DNA of 64,000 nt. Origin: a bacterium. GTDB lineage: Bacteria > UBA8248 > JACPRG01 > G963555815. This document shows, one piece after another, positions 48,927 to 59,756 of the stretch. How positions within the stretch are numbered: position 1 is the stretch's first letter; every line of letters begins with the position of its first letter. The stretch lies in contig CBDHDG010000005.1 of NCBI GenBank assembly GCA_965261595.1, forward strand, positions 256,001 through 320,000, written 5' to 3'. Below the pieces are notes generated by a model. It saw only the letters and a program-made list of their open reading frames with translations. It made no database searches and had not been told where the DNA came from. The translations under genes were made by a program, and so were the position numbers.

Positions 48927-50050
48927 GCCGGACTGTCCGACGGGTTGCGCTCCTGTTCGGGGGCCGGTCGGCCGAGCACCGGGTGTCGCTGGCCTCGGCG
49001 GTCTCGGTCGCCCGATCCGCCGATCCGGAAGACCTGCTGATTCTGCCCGTTTTGATCGGGACCGACGGGGCGTGGACCCTCCTGGAGTTGCCGGAGGCCC
49101 TCCCCCCCCCTTCAGCGCGGGGCGTTCGCGTCACCCTGAGGCCCGAGCCCGGCCCTCCCGCGCTGGTGGAGATCCCGGGCGGGACGGCCCATCCGTTCGA
49201 CGTGGCCTTTCCCGTCATACACGGCCCGGGCGGTGAAGACGGGTCCCTCCAGGGAATTTTGGAGTGGGCCGAGGTCCCGTTCGTCGGCGCGGGCGTGGCG
49301 GCGTCGGCGGCCGGGATGGACAAGGAATTGACCAAGATCATCTGCCGCTCGGCGGGCGTGCCGGTGGTCGATTGGGCGACGCTGCGGTGGGAGGTCCACC
49401 GGGACGATCCGAAGGCGGTGCGAAGGGCGCTCGAAGAACGGGATCTCGAGCCGCCGCTCTTCGTCAAGCCGGTCGCCCTGGGGAGCAGCGTGGGCATCAG
49501 CCGAGTGGACCGCGAAGGGGACCTGGACGAGGCGGTGGCCGCGGCGTTCCGTTTCCACAACCGCGTGGTTGTGGAAAGGGCCGTCGAGGGCCGCGAGATC
49601 GAGTGCGCCGTGTTGGGGAACACGACCGGAGGGGAGGGGGATGACGCCCCGGCGGCGTCCGTGGCGCTGGCGGAAATCCTGCCCCGGGGAGGCTGGTACG
49701 ACTACGAGCGGAAATACACCGATGGGGCGACGGAAATCGTCATCCCGGCCTCGGTCGAAGAACCTCTCGCCGATCAGATCCGGACCTTGGCCCTGCGGGC
49801 TTACACGGCCCTGGGCGTGGACGGAATGGCCCGGGTGGATTTTCTGGTCGAGGACCCCTCCGGGCGCCCCACGGCGCTCCTGAACGAGTTGAACACCATC
49901 CCCGGCTTTACGGCGACCAGCGTCTACGCGAAGCTGTGGGAGGCGGGCGGGCTCCCGTATCCGGGGTTAATCAGCCGCTTGGTTGATCTGGGTCTCGCCA
50001 GACGCCGGTTCCTGGACCGGTTCGCGGCGGCGCGCGGCATCGACGACTGA
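48923..50050 (+). CDS. ddl: D-alanine--D-alanine ligase
   Basis: LFGGRSAEH.VS, HGPGGEDG, FVKP..GSSVG, YDYERKY, NELNTIPGFT. Confidence 0.96.
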   Translation: MSRTVRRVALLFGGRSAEHRVSLASAVSVARSADPEDLLILPVLIGTDGAWTLLELPEALPPPSARGVRVTLRPEPGPPALVEIPGGTAHPFDVAFPVIHGPGGEDGSLQGILEWAEVPFVGAGVAASAAGMDKELTKIICRSAGVPVVDWATLRWEVHRDDPKAVRRALEERDLEPPLFVKPVALGSSVGISRVDREGDLDEAVAAAFRFHNRVVVERAVEGREIECAVLGNTTGGEGDDAPAASVALAEILPRGGWYDYERKYTDGATEIVIPASVEEPLADQIRTLALRAYTALGVDGMARVDFLVEDPSGRPTALLNELNTIPGFTATSVYAKLWEAGGLPYPGLISRLVDLGLARRRFLDRFAAARGIDD

Positions 50051-50162
50051 CCCGGTTGGCGGGGGAGGGGGGGGGGCGTCACAGCGGAATTGCGAAGATC
50101 CGGGTTTCGGGATCAGGAGGTTCCATGAAGACTGAAGACGCGCCCAAAGGGAGCGGCCGCCG

Positions 50163-51002
50163 ATGACCCTCGCGGCTTTGATCCTCCTGGCCTATGTCGG
50201 GTTGACCTACGCCTTTCGTCTCTATGAAAAAGGGAAGGATCCCGACTTCTCGCGGCGCTTTTACCGGATCTCGTGGCGAGGGATCGGGGGCGTTCTCGTC
50301 GAGACGATGTGCACGGCCGTCCTGATTGTCCTTTGGATTGCGGATTGGGTCTGGACGCTGGCGCGCCGCCTGCTCCGGATGGAGAGGAAGGCGCGGGCTT
50401 CCTTCCGGCCCGGGGATCGGCCCGTGGTCCTGTGCCACGGATATCACATGCGGGGCCTGACGTTAGGGGTTCTGGCTTTTCGGCTGCGGAGGATGGGCCG
50501 ATCGGTGATCACCCTGCCCAACTTCGGACCCGGCACGGCGGGAATCCGGCGCTACGCCGACCAGTTGAGCGACCACATCCGCGAGGTCCTTCAGGAAACG
50601 GGGGCCGACGCCGTAGACCTCGTCGGACACAGCATGGGGGGGCTCGTCGCGAGGGCCTGCGCGGCAAACGCCCGCCGCTCGGCCTCCGACGATCTCCGTA
50701 TCGCCCATCTCGTGACGCTCGGGACTCCGCACCGGGGGAGCGGTTTCTGGGTGTTCACATGGGGCGAGTGCGGGCTGGACATGAGGCCGGGGAGCCCGTT
50801 CCTCGCGTGGCTGGAGGAAGACCCCCCGGACGTTGACGGGACGGCGGTTTATTCACCCTTCGACGCCTTTATTCCCGAGGATTCCGCCTCGGGATGGAGC
50901 GCCCCGGCCGTCCGGAAGGTTCGCGTCGACGGCGTTGGCCACATCGCGCTGAGCATGCTCGCAGAACCCGCCCGGCGGGTCATCGAGGCGCTGAAAGATT
51001 GA
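50163..51002 (+). CDS. Membrane-anchored alpha/beta hydrolase (lipase-like)
   Basis: VVLCHG, LVGHSMGG, TLGTPHRG, GVGH. Confidence 0.85.
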   Translation: MTLAALILLAYVGLTYAFRLYEKGKDPDFSRRFYRISWRGIGGVLVETMCTAVLIVLWIADWVWTLARRLLRMERKARASFRPGDRPVVLCHGYHMRGLTLGVLAFRLRRMGRSVITLPNFGPGTAGIRRYADQLSDHIREVLQETGADAVDLVGHSMGGLVARACAANARRSASDDLRIAHLVTLGTPHRGSGFWVFTWGECGLDMRPGSPFLAWLEEDPPDVDGTAVYSPFDAFIPEDSASGWSAPAVRKVRVDGVGHIALSMLAEPARRVIEALKD

Positions 51003-51123
51003 ATCGTCCGGGAATCGCCCCCGGGAGATAAGGGGGCGCTCTTCCCGGCGGGGCCGAATCCGGCCCTTTCGGGTGGGTCCTTCGTGATCCACCTTCCTCC
51101 GAGCTCGCTCCCGGACAGGTGGG

Positions 51124-52069
51124 GTGATGCGCGTCTTGATCATCGGCAACCCGATCGCCGGCGTGGGCAGGGCGGGCCGGCGCGTCGGAGAGCTGGCCCG
51201 GCTTCTTCGAGACCGGGGGTGCGAGGTGACAACGCGCCTGACGCGCGGCCCGGGGGACGCGCGCGCGTTCGCCGAAGGCGTCGGCGGAGACGTGGACTGC
51301 CTGGTGATCGCGGGCGGCGACGGCACGATCCATGAGGCGATCAACGGCTTGGCCGATCCGTCCGGCGCGCCGATCGCGATCCTCGGAGTCGGAACCGCCA
51401 ACCTGTTGGCGCGCGACCTGGATCTGCCCCGCACCCCGCAAGGCGTGGCCGACTTGATCCATCACGGCCGGACGCGGATGCTCGACCTGGGGCTGATCGG
51501 CGGAGAGCGGCGATTTTTCGCGCTGGTCAGCGCCGGGTTGGACGCGATGGTCATTCGCGCCCTGCACGGGACGCGCCGGGGCGCCCTCGGGTTCGGGGGC
51601 TATCCGCTCCCGATTCTCAAGGCGATTTCCCGTTACCGGGCGCCGAGGCTCCGCGTGAGTGTGGAGGGGGGGCGGCCGATCGAGGGCGCGTGGGTTGTTG
51701 TGGCCAACACGTTCACGTACGCGGGATTCCTGAGCGTGGCCGACCGCGCCCGGTGCGATTCGGGTCACCTGGACGTGGTGGTTTTTCCGCGGGGATCGCT
51801 CCCCGCGCTGGCCCGTTACGCCTGGGCGGGCTGGCGGAGCCGGGTTTCGAGCCTGCCCGGTGTTTCCTACATCAACCGGTGCGTCCGTCCGGATTGATTC
51901 GTCCGATCCCGTGGATGTCGAAGTGGACGGCGAGCACTACGGCGTCACGCCGATCGACATCACGCTGCAAACCGCGGCGGCGCGAGTGCTGACGCCGGTT
52001 TTGCCTGGCTCGGCGGCCCGCCCCGGGTCTCTCGGCGGCGCGTTTGACAGGGCGCGGGATACGCAATAG
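51124..52069 (+). CDS. Diacylglycerol/lipid kinase family protein (frameshift ~51874)
   Basis: NPIAG, AGGDGTIHE, GTANLLA; C-terminal VEVDGE continues in the 51860 frame. Confidence 0.85.
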
Positions 52070-52072
52070 ATT
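52044..52072 (+). promoter_or_regulatory. Sigma70-type promoter of mgtE
   Basis: TTGACA-N17-TAGATT. Confidence 0.55.
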
Positions 52073-52129
52073 TCCATCCTGGCAATCGAGCGGGATTGCG
52101 TCGCGGCGGGCCCGCGGGGGGAGATCGGG

Positions 52130-53487
52130 ATGGTCCAGAGCCAGGAACAAAGACTCCACCTTACGCAGGATTCCTTCCGGCGGCTGATGCGGCGGGGCGC
52201 GACCGCGCACGCCCAAAACCTGCTTGAGAAGCTTCACGCGGCGGACCTGGCGGAAATCCTCCGACACATGGCCGAGGAAGAGAAGCGGTCGACCTTCGGG
52301 TTGATCGAGGATCGGGTGCGGGCGGCTCGGGTCCTCAGCGAATGCGACGAGCAGACGGCCAAAGAGCTCCTCGAGCCCATGGAGCCGAAGGACGCGGCGG
52401 CGCTCTTTCAGGAAATCGACGCCGACGACGTGACCGACCTCATCAACCTGCTGCCGGATGAGGAGGCCAAGGCGGTTCTGGACATCCTCCAGGCCCGGTG
52501 GCCGAGCCGGTGACCGACCTGCTCCAGTACGGGGAGGAGACCGCCGGCGGGATCATGACGCCCCACTGTCTGGCGCTGCACGAGGCCATGACGGCCGGCG
52601 AGGCCATCACCCGCGTCCGGAAGGAAAGTGAGGCCGAAACGGTTTTCTACATTTACGTGATGGACGAAGACAACCACCTGGAAGGCGTGATCTCCCTGCG
52701 CCAGCTCCTCCTGGCCCCCCCGGAAGCCACCCTCAAGGGCATGAGCCGGGAGGATGTCTATCGGGTGTCCACCGACACGGACCAGGAGGAGGTCGCGCGG
52801 CTCGTCGAGAGGTATGACCTGCTGGCGGTCCCGGTTGTGGACCACGAGAACCATCTGGTCGGGATCGTCACGGTGGACGACGTCATCGATGTCCTCCGGG
52901 CCGAGGCCACGGAGGACATTCTCAAGATGGCCGGCACCCACGACGAGGAGATCCTGACCCGGTCGGCCTTCCGCGTGGCGCGCTACCGTCTCCCCTGGCT
53001 TTTGGTCGGTCTGGCCGTGGGGATGGTGACCGCCCAAGTCATCGCCCGTTTCTCAGGGCTCATCTCGGACCGGGTCTACCTGGCGGCCTTTATGCCGTTG
53101 ATCCTGGGGATGGGGGGGATTGTGGGCAACCAGTCGGTGACTGTCCTGGTCCGGGGGCTCGCCACCGGGCGGCTGAATCCCGCGCAGTGGGCGCAGATCA
53201 TCTGGAAGCAGTTCCAAGTGGGGGTCCTGCTGGGGCTCGCCATCGCCATCCTCCTGGGCGGGATCACCGCCTTGCTCTACACGGAAACGCCGTGGCTCGG
53301 CCCGACGGTCGGTCTGGCCATCCTGATCGGAATCGTGGTCGCGGCGGTGTGGTCCGTCCTGGTCCCGTTGGCCTTCACCTGGCTCCGAATCGATCCGGCC
53401 GTGGCGACGCAGCCCTTCGTTTCCACGACCATCGACATCGTCAGCGCGCTGATCTACTTTACGATGGCCTCCGTCCTGCTCATCTGA
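52130..53487 (+). CDS. mgtE: Magnesium transporter MgtE (frameshift at C-run 52494-52496)
   Basis: LHAADLA N-domain, TAGGIM, CBS pair (DQEEVA..YDLLAVPVVD), RLPWL, GNQS, IDPAVA. Confidence 0.92.
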
Positions 53488-53526
53488 GGGAGCCGGCCGC
53501 TTTGTCCCCCCACGTATCCGAGGTCG

Positions 53527-53910
53527 TTGGCCGAAACCGATTCAATGGGCTTGGCCCACCACGCGGTTTATTGGATTGGGTTCGAGGCGCCCCGAACGGA
53601 CCTGCTCCGGAAGCTGGGATTTTCGTACCGGAGGCTGGAGGAAGAGGGTTGCCGGATGCCGGTCGCGGAGGCGGGCTGCCGGTATCGGGCGGCCGCCCGG
53701 TGCGAGGACCGGGTTTCCATCGAGGCCCGGGTGGGCGAGGTCGGCCGGGCCCGCGTCCGGATCGACTACACGGCGCGGAACGAAGAGGGCAAGGCGCTGG
53801 CCGAGGGCTTCACGGTCCACGCCTTTCTGACCCCCGATATGCGCCCTGTGCGCTTCCCGCCGGAGTTGGCCGCGGCCATGCGCGCGGACCTGGCGGAGAC
53901 CGCCTCCTGA
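53527..53910 (+). CDS. YbgC/FcbC-like acyl-CoA thioesterase, N-terminus damaged or missing
   Basis: AETDSMGLAHHAVY..FEAPRT resembles the ETDxMGxxxHxxY motif; no clean start. Confidence 0.7.
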   Translation: MAETDSMGLAHHAVYWIGFEAPRTDLLRKLGFSYRRLEEEGCRMPVAEAGCRYRAAARCEDRVSIEARVGEVGRARVRIDYTARNEEGKALAEGFTVHAFLTPDMRPVRFPPELAAAMRADLAETAS

Positions 53911-53956
53911 CGCCGCCGCGCCGTTTTCTCGACGATTTCGAGCGCCCGGCGGAGAG

Positions 53957-54229
53957 TCACCGGGTGAAATAGAGATACAACGCAACGCCCAGGACCGCCG
54001 CGCCGCCCCAGGCCAGCCGCCCCTCGATCCGCTTCGCCCGCCTCCAATCCGCCGGATTTTCGTACCCCGCGAAGGGTTTCCCTTCCTCGGCAGCGGGGGC
54101 CTGGGACCTTTCCGACCAGTTCCGAAGGGCGAGGTACAGGGCCGCCCCGAACAGGTAGATCAAAGCCCCCGGTTTCTTCCCGATGGCCGCGCTGATGAGC
54201 AGGCCGATGAGGATGAGGCAACCGATCAT
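53957..54229 (-). CDS. Small hypothetical membrane protein
   Basis: Three hydrophobic segments; co-oriented with upstream genes. Confidence 0.5.
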   Translation of the reverse strand: MIGCLILIGLLISAAIGKKPGALIYLFGAALYLALRNWSERSQAPAAEEGKPFAGYENPADWRRAKRIEGRLAWGGAAVLGVALYLYFTR

Positions 54230-54433
54230 GGGCCGAAGACCCTCATGGGCCGAAGACCCTCGGGGTCGCAGACCCTCAGGGCCGCAGACCCCGGGGCCGG
54301 TCTCGCCCCGGACCTGTGGCAGGCCTGGACGCCTCGCGGTTGAAAGGGAGTCGAGAGAACCGTCAAAGCTGGATGATTGCCTTTGGCGAGAAAGGGTTGC
54401 GGAGGCGCCGCCCGCCGAAAAAAGCCGCCGGGC

Positions 54434-54733
54434 CTACGCTGAATCAAGGTCTTCCGGGGGCCGGGCGGGAGAGGCCGCCTCTTTCGACGCGAACCGCGGA
54501 CGTCGCGCGCCTCCCCCCCCTCCCCTCCTCCTCCCGCCGATGACGTGGCCGTGGGCCTTGAGACCCGCCTTGATGAGGCACAGGGCAAGGAGGGCGTCTC
54601 CCAAAAGCTCGACCGGGCCGATTCCGGACGCGATGAAGGCCACGGAGAGCAATGTCAAAAGGCCCCAGACGATGTGACCGGCCTTCAGCCTCTTTCCCTG
54701 TTTGGGTCCCATTGGAAGGCTTCCGGCGCTCAC
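54434..54733 (-). CDS. Small hypothetical membrane protein (C-terminus uncertain, G-run)
   Basis: GTGA overlap with the upstream gene; two TM-like segments. Confidence 0.4.
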   Translation of the reverse strand: MSAGSLPMGPKQGKRLKAGHIVWGLLTLLSVAFIASGIGPVELLGDALLALCLIKAGLKAHGHVIGGRRRGGGGGARRPRFASKEAASPARPPEDLDSA

Positions 54734-55161
54734 CGCTTAACGGGCTCGACGGGTCCGGGCGATAAGGACGGGCGGAGCGGTCTGCCCTTCTGCTTGTAAT
54801 AGAGCCGGATGAGGATCGACGCGATCTGCGTGGACAGGACAGGATAGAGCCAGACCTGGATCCAGAGCCAAAGCCCCGTGCCGGAACGAAGCCTCACGGC
54901 GTCCCAGAACCCGATCCCCTTTACAACGGCCACGTTGCGCATCCCGTAATAAATCCCCGCCCCGCACAGGAGGGTCCAGCAGATGCCGAAGACCGTGAAG
55001 AGCATCACGTAAAACCCCCCGCCCTGGAACCGCGTCCAGGGAGAGAGCGGCGCGTAGACGCTCGGCTCGCCGACGTAGGGCCACTCGCCGGTCCGATCGC
55101 CGTCGGCTCGGGTGCCCGCGTCTTCGCGCGCCGGGCGGTCGTTGGCGGGATTGGACACCAA
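54730..55161 (-). CDS. Hypothetical membrane protein
   Basis: Two TM segments; abuts the MBL hydrolase stop. Confidence 0.55.
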   Translation of the reverse strand: MVSNPANDRPAREDAGTRADGDRTGEWPYVGEPSVYAPLSPWTRFQGGGFYVMLFTVFGICWTLLCGAGIYYGMRNVAVVKGIGFWDAVRLRSGTGLWLWIQVWLYPVLSTQIASILIRLYYKQKGRPLRPSLSPGPVEPVKR

Positions 55162-55803
55162 TCACTCCGACCAGAGAACGTCGCCGTAGACGGGGCTGGT
55201 GCGCTCTTTCGAGGCGAAGACGGCGTACTCTTTTTTCGAATCGCCCACGGTCGTGTTGTCGCCGTGTCCGGGATAGAGGACCGTCTCCTCAGGCAGCGTG
55301 TACACCCGCTTTTGGACGTTGTCCACGAGGACCTTGAAGTCTTCCGGGCTGTTGGTCCGCCCCGGCCCCCCGGGAAAGACCGCGTCTCCGACGATGCAGT
55401 GTCCGCCGGGCAGGAGGAAGGCCGTGCCCGCGGGGGAATGCCCCGGACCGGACAGGAAGGCCCCGACCTCGCACTCTCCGAACCGGATCGTGTCGCCGTC
55501 GTTGATGTCGAAGTCGCCCTGGATGCCGAAGTGAGCGGCCTCCACGGGGGGGATGCCCACCGGAACGCCCGTCGCCGCTTTCAGCTCATCCAGCGCCTGG
55601 ACGTGGTCGGTGTGGCAGTGCGTCATCAGGATGTAACGGACGTTCGTCCCCTCGGCGGCGGCCAGGATCTTGTCGGCCTCGAAGGAGGCGTCCACGATGA
55701 CGCTGTCGTTTGTCTTCTTGCAGACCAGGACGTAGATGTTGTTTCCGAAATCTCCGACGCGGACCTTCTTGATGAGGGCCGCGCCGGTGTCCGTCGTTTC
55801 CAT
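55162..55803 (-). CDS. MBL-fold metallo-hydrolase (glyoxalase II-like)
   Basis: THCHTDH (HxHxDH), GHSP, GDAVF, YPGHG. Confidence 0.92.
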   Translation of the reverse strand: METTDTGAALIKKVRVGDFGNNIYVLVCKKTNDSVIVDASFEADKILAAAEGTNVRYILMTHCHTDHVQALDELKAATGVPVGIPPVEAAHFGIQGDFDINDGDTIRFGECEVGAFLSGPGHSPAGTAFLLPGGHCIVGDAVFPGGPGRTNSPEDFKVLVDNVQKRVYTLPEETVLYPGHGDNTTVGDSKKEYAVFASKERTSPVYGDVLWSE

Positions 55804-55935
55804 GAGTTTGCTTTCTCCCCGCGCGGGTTTCACAACTGATTGGATTTCAACGCTTAATCTCATGCTAACACCGGCCCGACGCGCACGCAAGAAAGGGGGT
55901 TGGGGGGGGGGCGGCCGGGACTCCCGCCGGCTGGC

Positions 55936-56583
55936 TTAATCCACCGCCGCGCGCTCCCCCTCTCCTCCCCCGCCGGTCTTTTCTTCGATGGCCACCTCGG
56001 CCAGCGTCTCGTAGACCGCCCCCTGGGGATGGAGACGGCTTTCCATCAACTCGATGCCCCGGATGGGGAAATCCGCTTCAAGCCCGCTCTCGGTTTCACG
56101 GAGGGCCTCCGCCACCCGGCCCGGTTCGACGTTTTCCCGGATGCGCCCCAGCGTGAGGTGGGGGTGAAAGGGCCGGTCCTCTTTCTCGAAACCCAGCAGG
56201 TGGAGGGCTTCCTGGACGTGAAAATGGACGGCGCGGAAATCGGCCGGAACGGCTTCCGGGTCCGATCCCCACCACAGGACGCGGGGCCGATTGGCGTTGG
56301 GGAAGACACCGAGGCGGTCCAGCCGGATTTGCGTGGGCCGGCATCCTTGCGACACGATGGAGAGTTGTTGGGCGATGTAGGAAATGTCTTCGGCCGGCAC
56401 GTCCCCGAGGAATTTCAATGTGATGTGAAAGGCGTCGGGTTTCAACCACCGGATTCCGGACAGCTCCCGGCGCCCCTGGAGCGCGGCTTGGATGTCCGCC
56501 GCTTGGCCGCGGACGGCCTGCGGGGCCGTTACGGCGACGAAGCACCGTATTGTGTTTTCCCGGCCGGGGGCGTCTCCGTCCAC
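55936..56583 (-). CDS. thpR: RNA 2',3'-cyclic phosphodiesterase (2H family)
   Basis: RCFVAV, HITLKFLG and PHLTLGR 2H motifs. Confidence 0.92.
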   Translation of the reverse strand: MDGDAPGRENTIRCFVAVTAPQAVRGQAADIQAALQGRRELSGIRWLKPDAFHITLKFLGDVPAEDISYIAQQLSIVSQGCRPTQIRLDRLGVFPNANRPRVLWWGSDPEAVPADFRAVHFHVQEALHLLGFEKEDRPFHPHLTLGRIRENVEPGRVAEALRETESGLEADFPIRGIELMESRLHPQGAVYETLAEVAIEEKTGGGGEGERAAVD

Positions 56584-56590
56584 GATCGCC

Positions 56591-57151
56591 TCATTCCTCC
56601 TTCGGCCCGGCCGCGGCGCTTTTCTCCGCCGCCGGCGCGAGACCAAGCAAATGGTCCCGCAGCAACGCCAGGGCGGCGTCCCGGCTCTGGTTTCTCACCG
56701 ATTCACGGCCGCCGGAAAACATGAAATGGCGGACGGTCTCCCCTTCGTCGGAGGAAACGCCGATGTAGACCGTCCCGACGGGTTTCTCCTCGGTCCCGCC
56801 GCCGGGGCCGGCGACGCCGGTCACGGACAGGCCGACCGAGGCCTTCCTTCCTCCCGCCACTTGTCGCGCCCCGCGGGCCATCTCCGCCGCTGTTTGCGCG
56901 CTCACCGCGCCGTGGGTCTCGAGCGTCTCCTCGGAAACCCCCAGCCGGTCCCGCTTGACGTCGTTGTGATAGGCGATGACGCCGCCCCGGTAATACGCCG
57001 AGCTTCCCGAAACCGCCGTCACCCGGGCGCCGATGCCTCCGCCGGTGCAGGATTCCGCGGTGGCCAGCATCCAGCCTCGCCGCCGGAGCAGGGGGGCGAT
57101 CTCCTCCTCCACGGGAGGAGGGGAAGGACGGGGGCGATCCGTTTCACGCAT
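56591..57151 (-). CDS. cinA: CinA C-terminal domain / NMN deamidase (PncC-like)
   Basis: ATAESCTGG, GSSAYY, HGAVS, TGVAGPGGG...KPVGTV. Confidence 0.92.
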   Translation of the reverse strand: MRETDRPRPSPPPVEEEIAPLLRRRGWMLATAESCTGGGIGARVTAVSGSSAYYRGGVIAYHNDVKRDRLGVSEETLETHGAVSAQTAAEMARGARQVAGGRKASVGLSVTGVAGPGGGTEEKPVGTVYIGVSSDEGETVRHFMFSGGRESVRNQSRDAALALLRDHLLGLAPAAEKSAAAGPKEE

Positions 57152-57170
57152 AGAGGGCCTCTTTTCCGGC

Positions 57171-57683
57171 TCACAGAAAAGCCCCGGCCAGCCACAGGGC
57201 GATGTGCAGGCAGATATTGGCGGCGACGCCGGCCAACAAGTCATCGAGCATGATTCCGAAGCCCCGCGAACCCGGCTCGCCGAAGGGCTTCCAGATGTCG
57301 AAGACCCGAAACAGGACAAACGCCGCCAGAATAAAAGACACATTCGGCGGCATGGCGTACAAGGCCACCCACATTCCGATCATTTCGTCCCAGACGATCC
57401 GGGGGTCGTCCCGTCTCCCCGATCGCCCTTCCGCCCAAGCGCTCAGCGGAATTCCCAGCAGGAACAGGGCGAGGACGGCCGTCAGGTAGACCGCGTCTCC
57501 CGGGCGGGGAACCGCCAGGTAAATCCCCAGGGCGAGCAGGCTCCCGGCCGTTCCGGGCGCCTTGGGGATGAAACCGGCGCCGCCCCCCGCGGCGAACGCC
57601 CAGCCGATCCCCCGTCCCAGGGCGGTCCAAGGCCCGGGCCCCCGGGGGTTCGCCGTTGCGGGCTCAGCTCCGTCCGGCGCCAT
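57171..57683 (-). CDS. pgpA: Phosphatidylglycerophosphatase A
   Basis: KAPGTAGS, DDPRIVWDE, LFRVFDIWKP, GIMLDDLLAG. Confidence 0.93.
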   Translation of the reverse strand: MAPDGAEPATANPRGPGPWTALGRGIGWAFAAGGGAGFIPKAPGTAGSLLALGIYLAVPRPGDAVYLTAVLALFLLGIPLSAWAEGRSGRRDDPRIVWDEMIGMWVALYAMPPNVSFILAAFVLFRVFDIWKPFGEPGSRGFGIMLDDLLAGVAANICLHIALWLAGAFL

Positions 57684-58860
57684 TCCACCGCGCCAGCACC
57701 GCCGCCGCCTCCTCGCGCGCCCACCCGTCCGCACGCTGGATGGTCTCCAGATCGATGTTGCGTTCGGGCCGGTGGGCCTCCATGCTCCGCTCGATCAGCT
57801 CCGGGATCCGGATGAAGGGAATCGACCCTTGCAGAAAATACTCGACGGCCATCTCGTTGGCCGCGTTCATCACGGCGGGCATCGTCTCGCCGACCCGCAG
57901 GGCCTCCCGGGCCAGGGAGAGACTGGGGAACCGTTCCGGATCGGGGGCGGAGAAAGACAGCCGGCCGACCTCGGTCAAGTCGAGCGGGGGGAAGTGGGCC
58001 TCGATCCGCTTGGGGTGCCGCAGGGCGTAAGAGATCGGAATCCGCATGTCCGGCAGGCCCAACTGGCCGATGAAGGAGCCGTCCACGTATTCGACCAGCG
58101 AATGGACGATGCTCTCGCGGTGGATCAGGACCTCGATGTGATCGCCGGGGACGCCGAAGAGCCAGTGCGCCTCGATGATCTCGAGCCCTTTGTTCATCAT
58201 CGTGGCCGAGTCGATCGTGACCTTGGGGCCCATGTCCCAGTTGGGATGGCGAAGGGCCTCCTCCCGGGTGACGGTCCGCATCTCCTCTTTGGAGAGATCC
58301 CGGAAGGGTCCGCCCGAGGCGGTGAGGATGAGCCGGCGGACGTCTTCGGGCCGATGCCCTTTGAGGGCCTGGTAGATGGCGTTGTGCTCGCTGTCGACGG
58401 GCAGGAGCAGAGCCCCACGCTCGGCCGCCCGGGCGATCAGCAACTCGCCGGCCGCGACCAGGGGCTCCTTGTTGGCCAGGGCGACGACCTTTCCGGCCTC
58501 GACGGCGGCGAGCGTGGGGACGAGTCCGGCCACGCCCTCTACGGCGGTCAAGACCACATCCGCCTCCGCCAGCCGGCCCATCCGCTCCTGGCCTTCCGGT
58601 CCGGACCAGACCTCCACTTTCAGGTCGCCGAGCCGCTCCTGAAGCTTCCGGGCCGCGTCCCGCTCGTACACCGCGACCACCGGCGGCCGGAACTCCCGCA
58701 CCTGCGCCTCCAGACGGTCGATGTTCCGGCGCCCGGCCAGGCCCGCAATCTCCAGCTCGTCCCGGTTGTGCCGGACGATATCGAGGGCGCTGGTCCCGAT
58801 GGACCCCGTCGCCCCGAGGATGACGATCCGGTTCCGGCCGGCATGCGCCTCAACGCTCAT
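57664..58860 (-). CDS. dxr: 1-deoxy-D-xylulose-5-phosphate reductoisomerase
   Basis: LGATGSIG, ANKE, PVDSEH, TASGGPF, HPNWDMG, NKGLE, NAANE. Confidence 0.97.
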   Translation of the reverse strand: MSVEAHAGRNRIVILGATGSIGTSALDIVRHNRDELEIAGLAGRRNIDRLEAQVREFRPPVVAVYERDAARKLQERLGDLKVEVWSGPEGQERMGRLAEADVVLTAVEGVAGLVPTLAAVEAGKVVALANKEPLVAAGELLIARAAERGALLLPVDSEHNAIYQALKGHRPEDVRRLILTASGGPFRDLSKEEMRTVTREEALRHPNWDMGPKVTIDSATMMNKGLEIIEAHWLFGVPGDHIEVLIHRESIVHSLVEYVDGSFIGQLGLPDMRIPISYALRHPKRIEAHFPPLDLTEVGRLSFSAPDPERFPSLSLAREALRVGETMPAVMNAANEMAVEYFLQGSIPFIRIPELIERSMEAHRPERNIDLETIQRADGWAREEAAAVLARWNGAGRS

Positions 58861-58931
58861 ATCGATTGATTCTCATTCAGGAGGCGAGGGACGGGCGGTG
58901 GCGACGACGCCCCCGCTTTAAGCCGCCGCCG

Positions 58932-59753
58932 CTACGGGAACCCCCGCATCCATAATATCGCATAAAGAACGGGACCCGCGAACATCAGGGCGTCCAGGCG
59001 ATCCAGCATCCCGCCGTGGCCGGGGATGAGCGCGCCGGCGTCCTTGACCCCGGCCGATCGCTTGATCGCCGACTCGGCCAGGTCCCCCGCCTGACCGGCG
59101 GCGCCCAGAAGCAGGGCCGCCGTTCCCGCCGCGATCCATCCCCATTCGGGGCGCGCGGGCAGGAACCACGCCCACGCGAGGATCCCGGCCGCCAGGCTCG
59201 CCCCCAAACCGGCCAAGGCGCCCTGGACGGTTTTCTTCGGGCTCAGCCGGGCGTGCAAAGGGCGGCTGCCCCACGCCCGGCCCCCGTAATAAGCGCCGGT
59301 GTCCCCCCCCCAGACGACGATCCACAGAAAGAAGATCCACCGCCACCCCTCGGCCCCGTCTCCTCCCTCCGGGAAGCTCCGCAACAGGGTCATGGACCCG
59401 AGAGTGAATCCCACGAACAGGGCGCCGAGGATCCCGCCGGGGATTCCCTTCGGGGCGGGCCAGACGCGCGGGGGCAGGCAGAGCGCCGAAGAGAAGAATA
59501 ACAGAAGCGCCGGCCAGACGGCCAGCACGGCGGCGGGCGGGAAATTCGGGCTCCCGAAGGCCAGCGCGGCCCCGGCGGCGGCGCCCAGCCCCAGGGCGAT
59601 CCGGTTTCCGAAAAATCCTGTCAGGCGGAGGAATTCCCACGTGCCGACGGCCGCCGCGGCCGCGACGAGGAGGGAGAAGGAGAGCGGACTGCCGTAACGG
59701 ACGAAGGGGATCAGGACCAAGAGCGCGATCCCGGCGCTGAGAACGCGGGTCAC
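58932..59753 (-). CDS. cdsA: Phosphatidate cytidylyltransferase
   Basis: DTGAY, SPKKT, GDLAESAIKR..VKD...PGHGGMLDRLD. Confidence 0.95.
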   Translation of the reverse strand: MTRVLSAGIALLVLIPFVRYGSPLSFSLLVAAAAAVGTWEFLRLTGFFGNRIALGLGAAAGAALAFGSPNFPPAAVLAVWPALLLFFSSALCLPPRVWPAPKGIPGGILGALFVGFTLGSMTLLRSFPEGGDGAEGWRWIFFLWIVVWGGDTGAYYGGRAWGSRPLHARLSPKKTVQGALAGLGASLAAGILAWAWFLPARPEWGWIAAGTAALLLGAAGQAGDLAESAIKRSAGVKDAGALIPGHGGMLDRLDALMFAGPVLYAILWMRGFP

Positions 59754-59756
59754 GTC

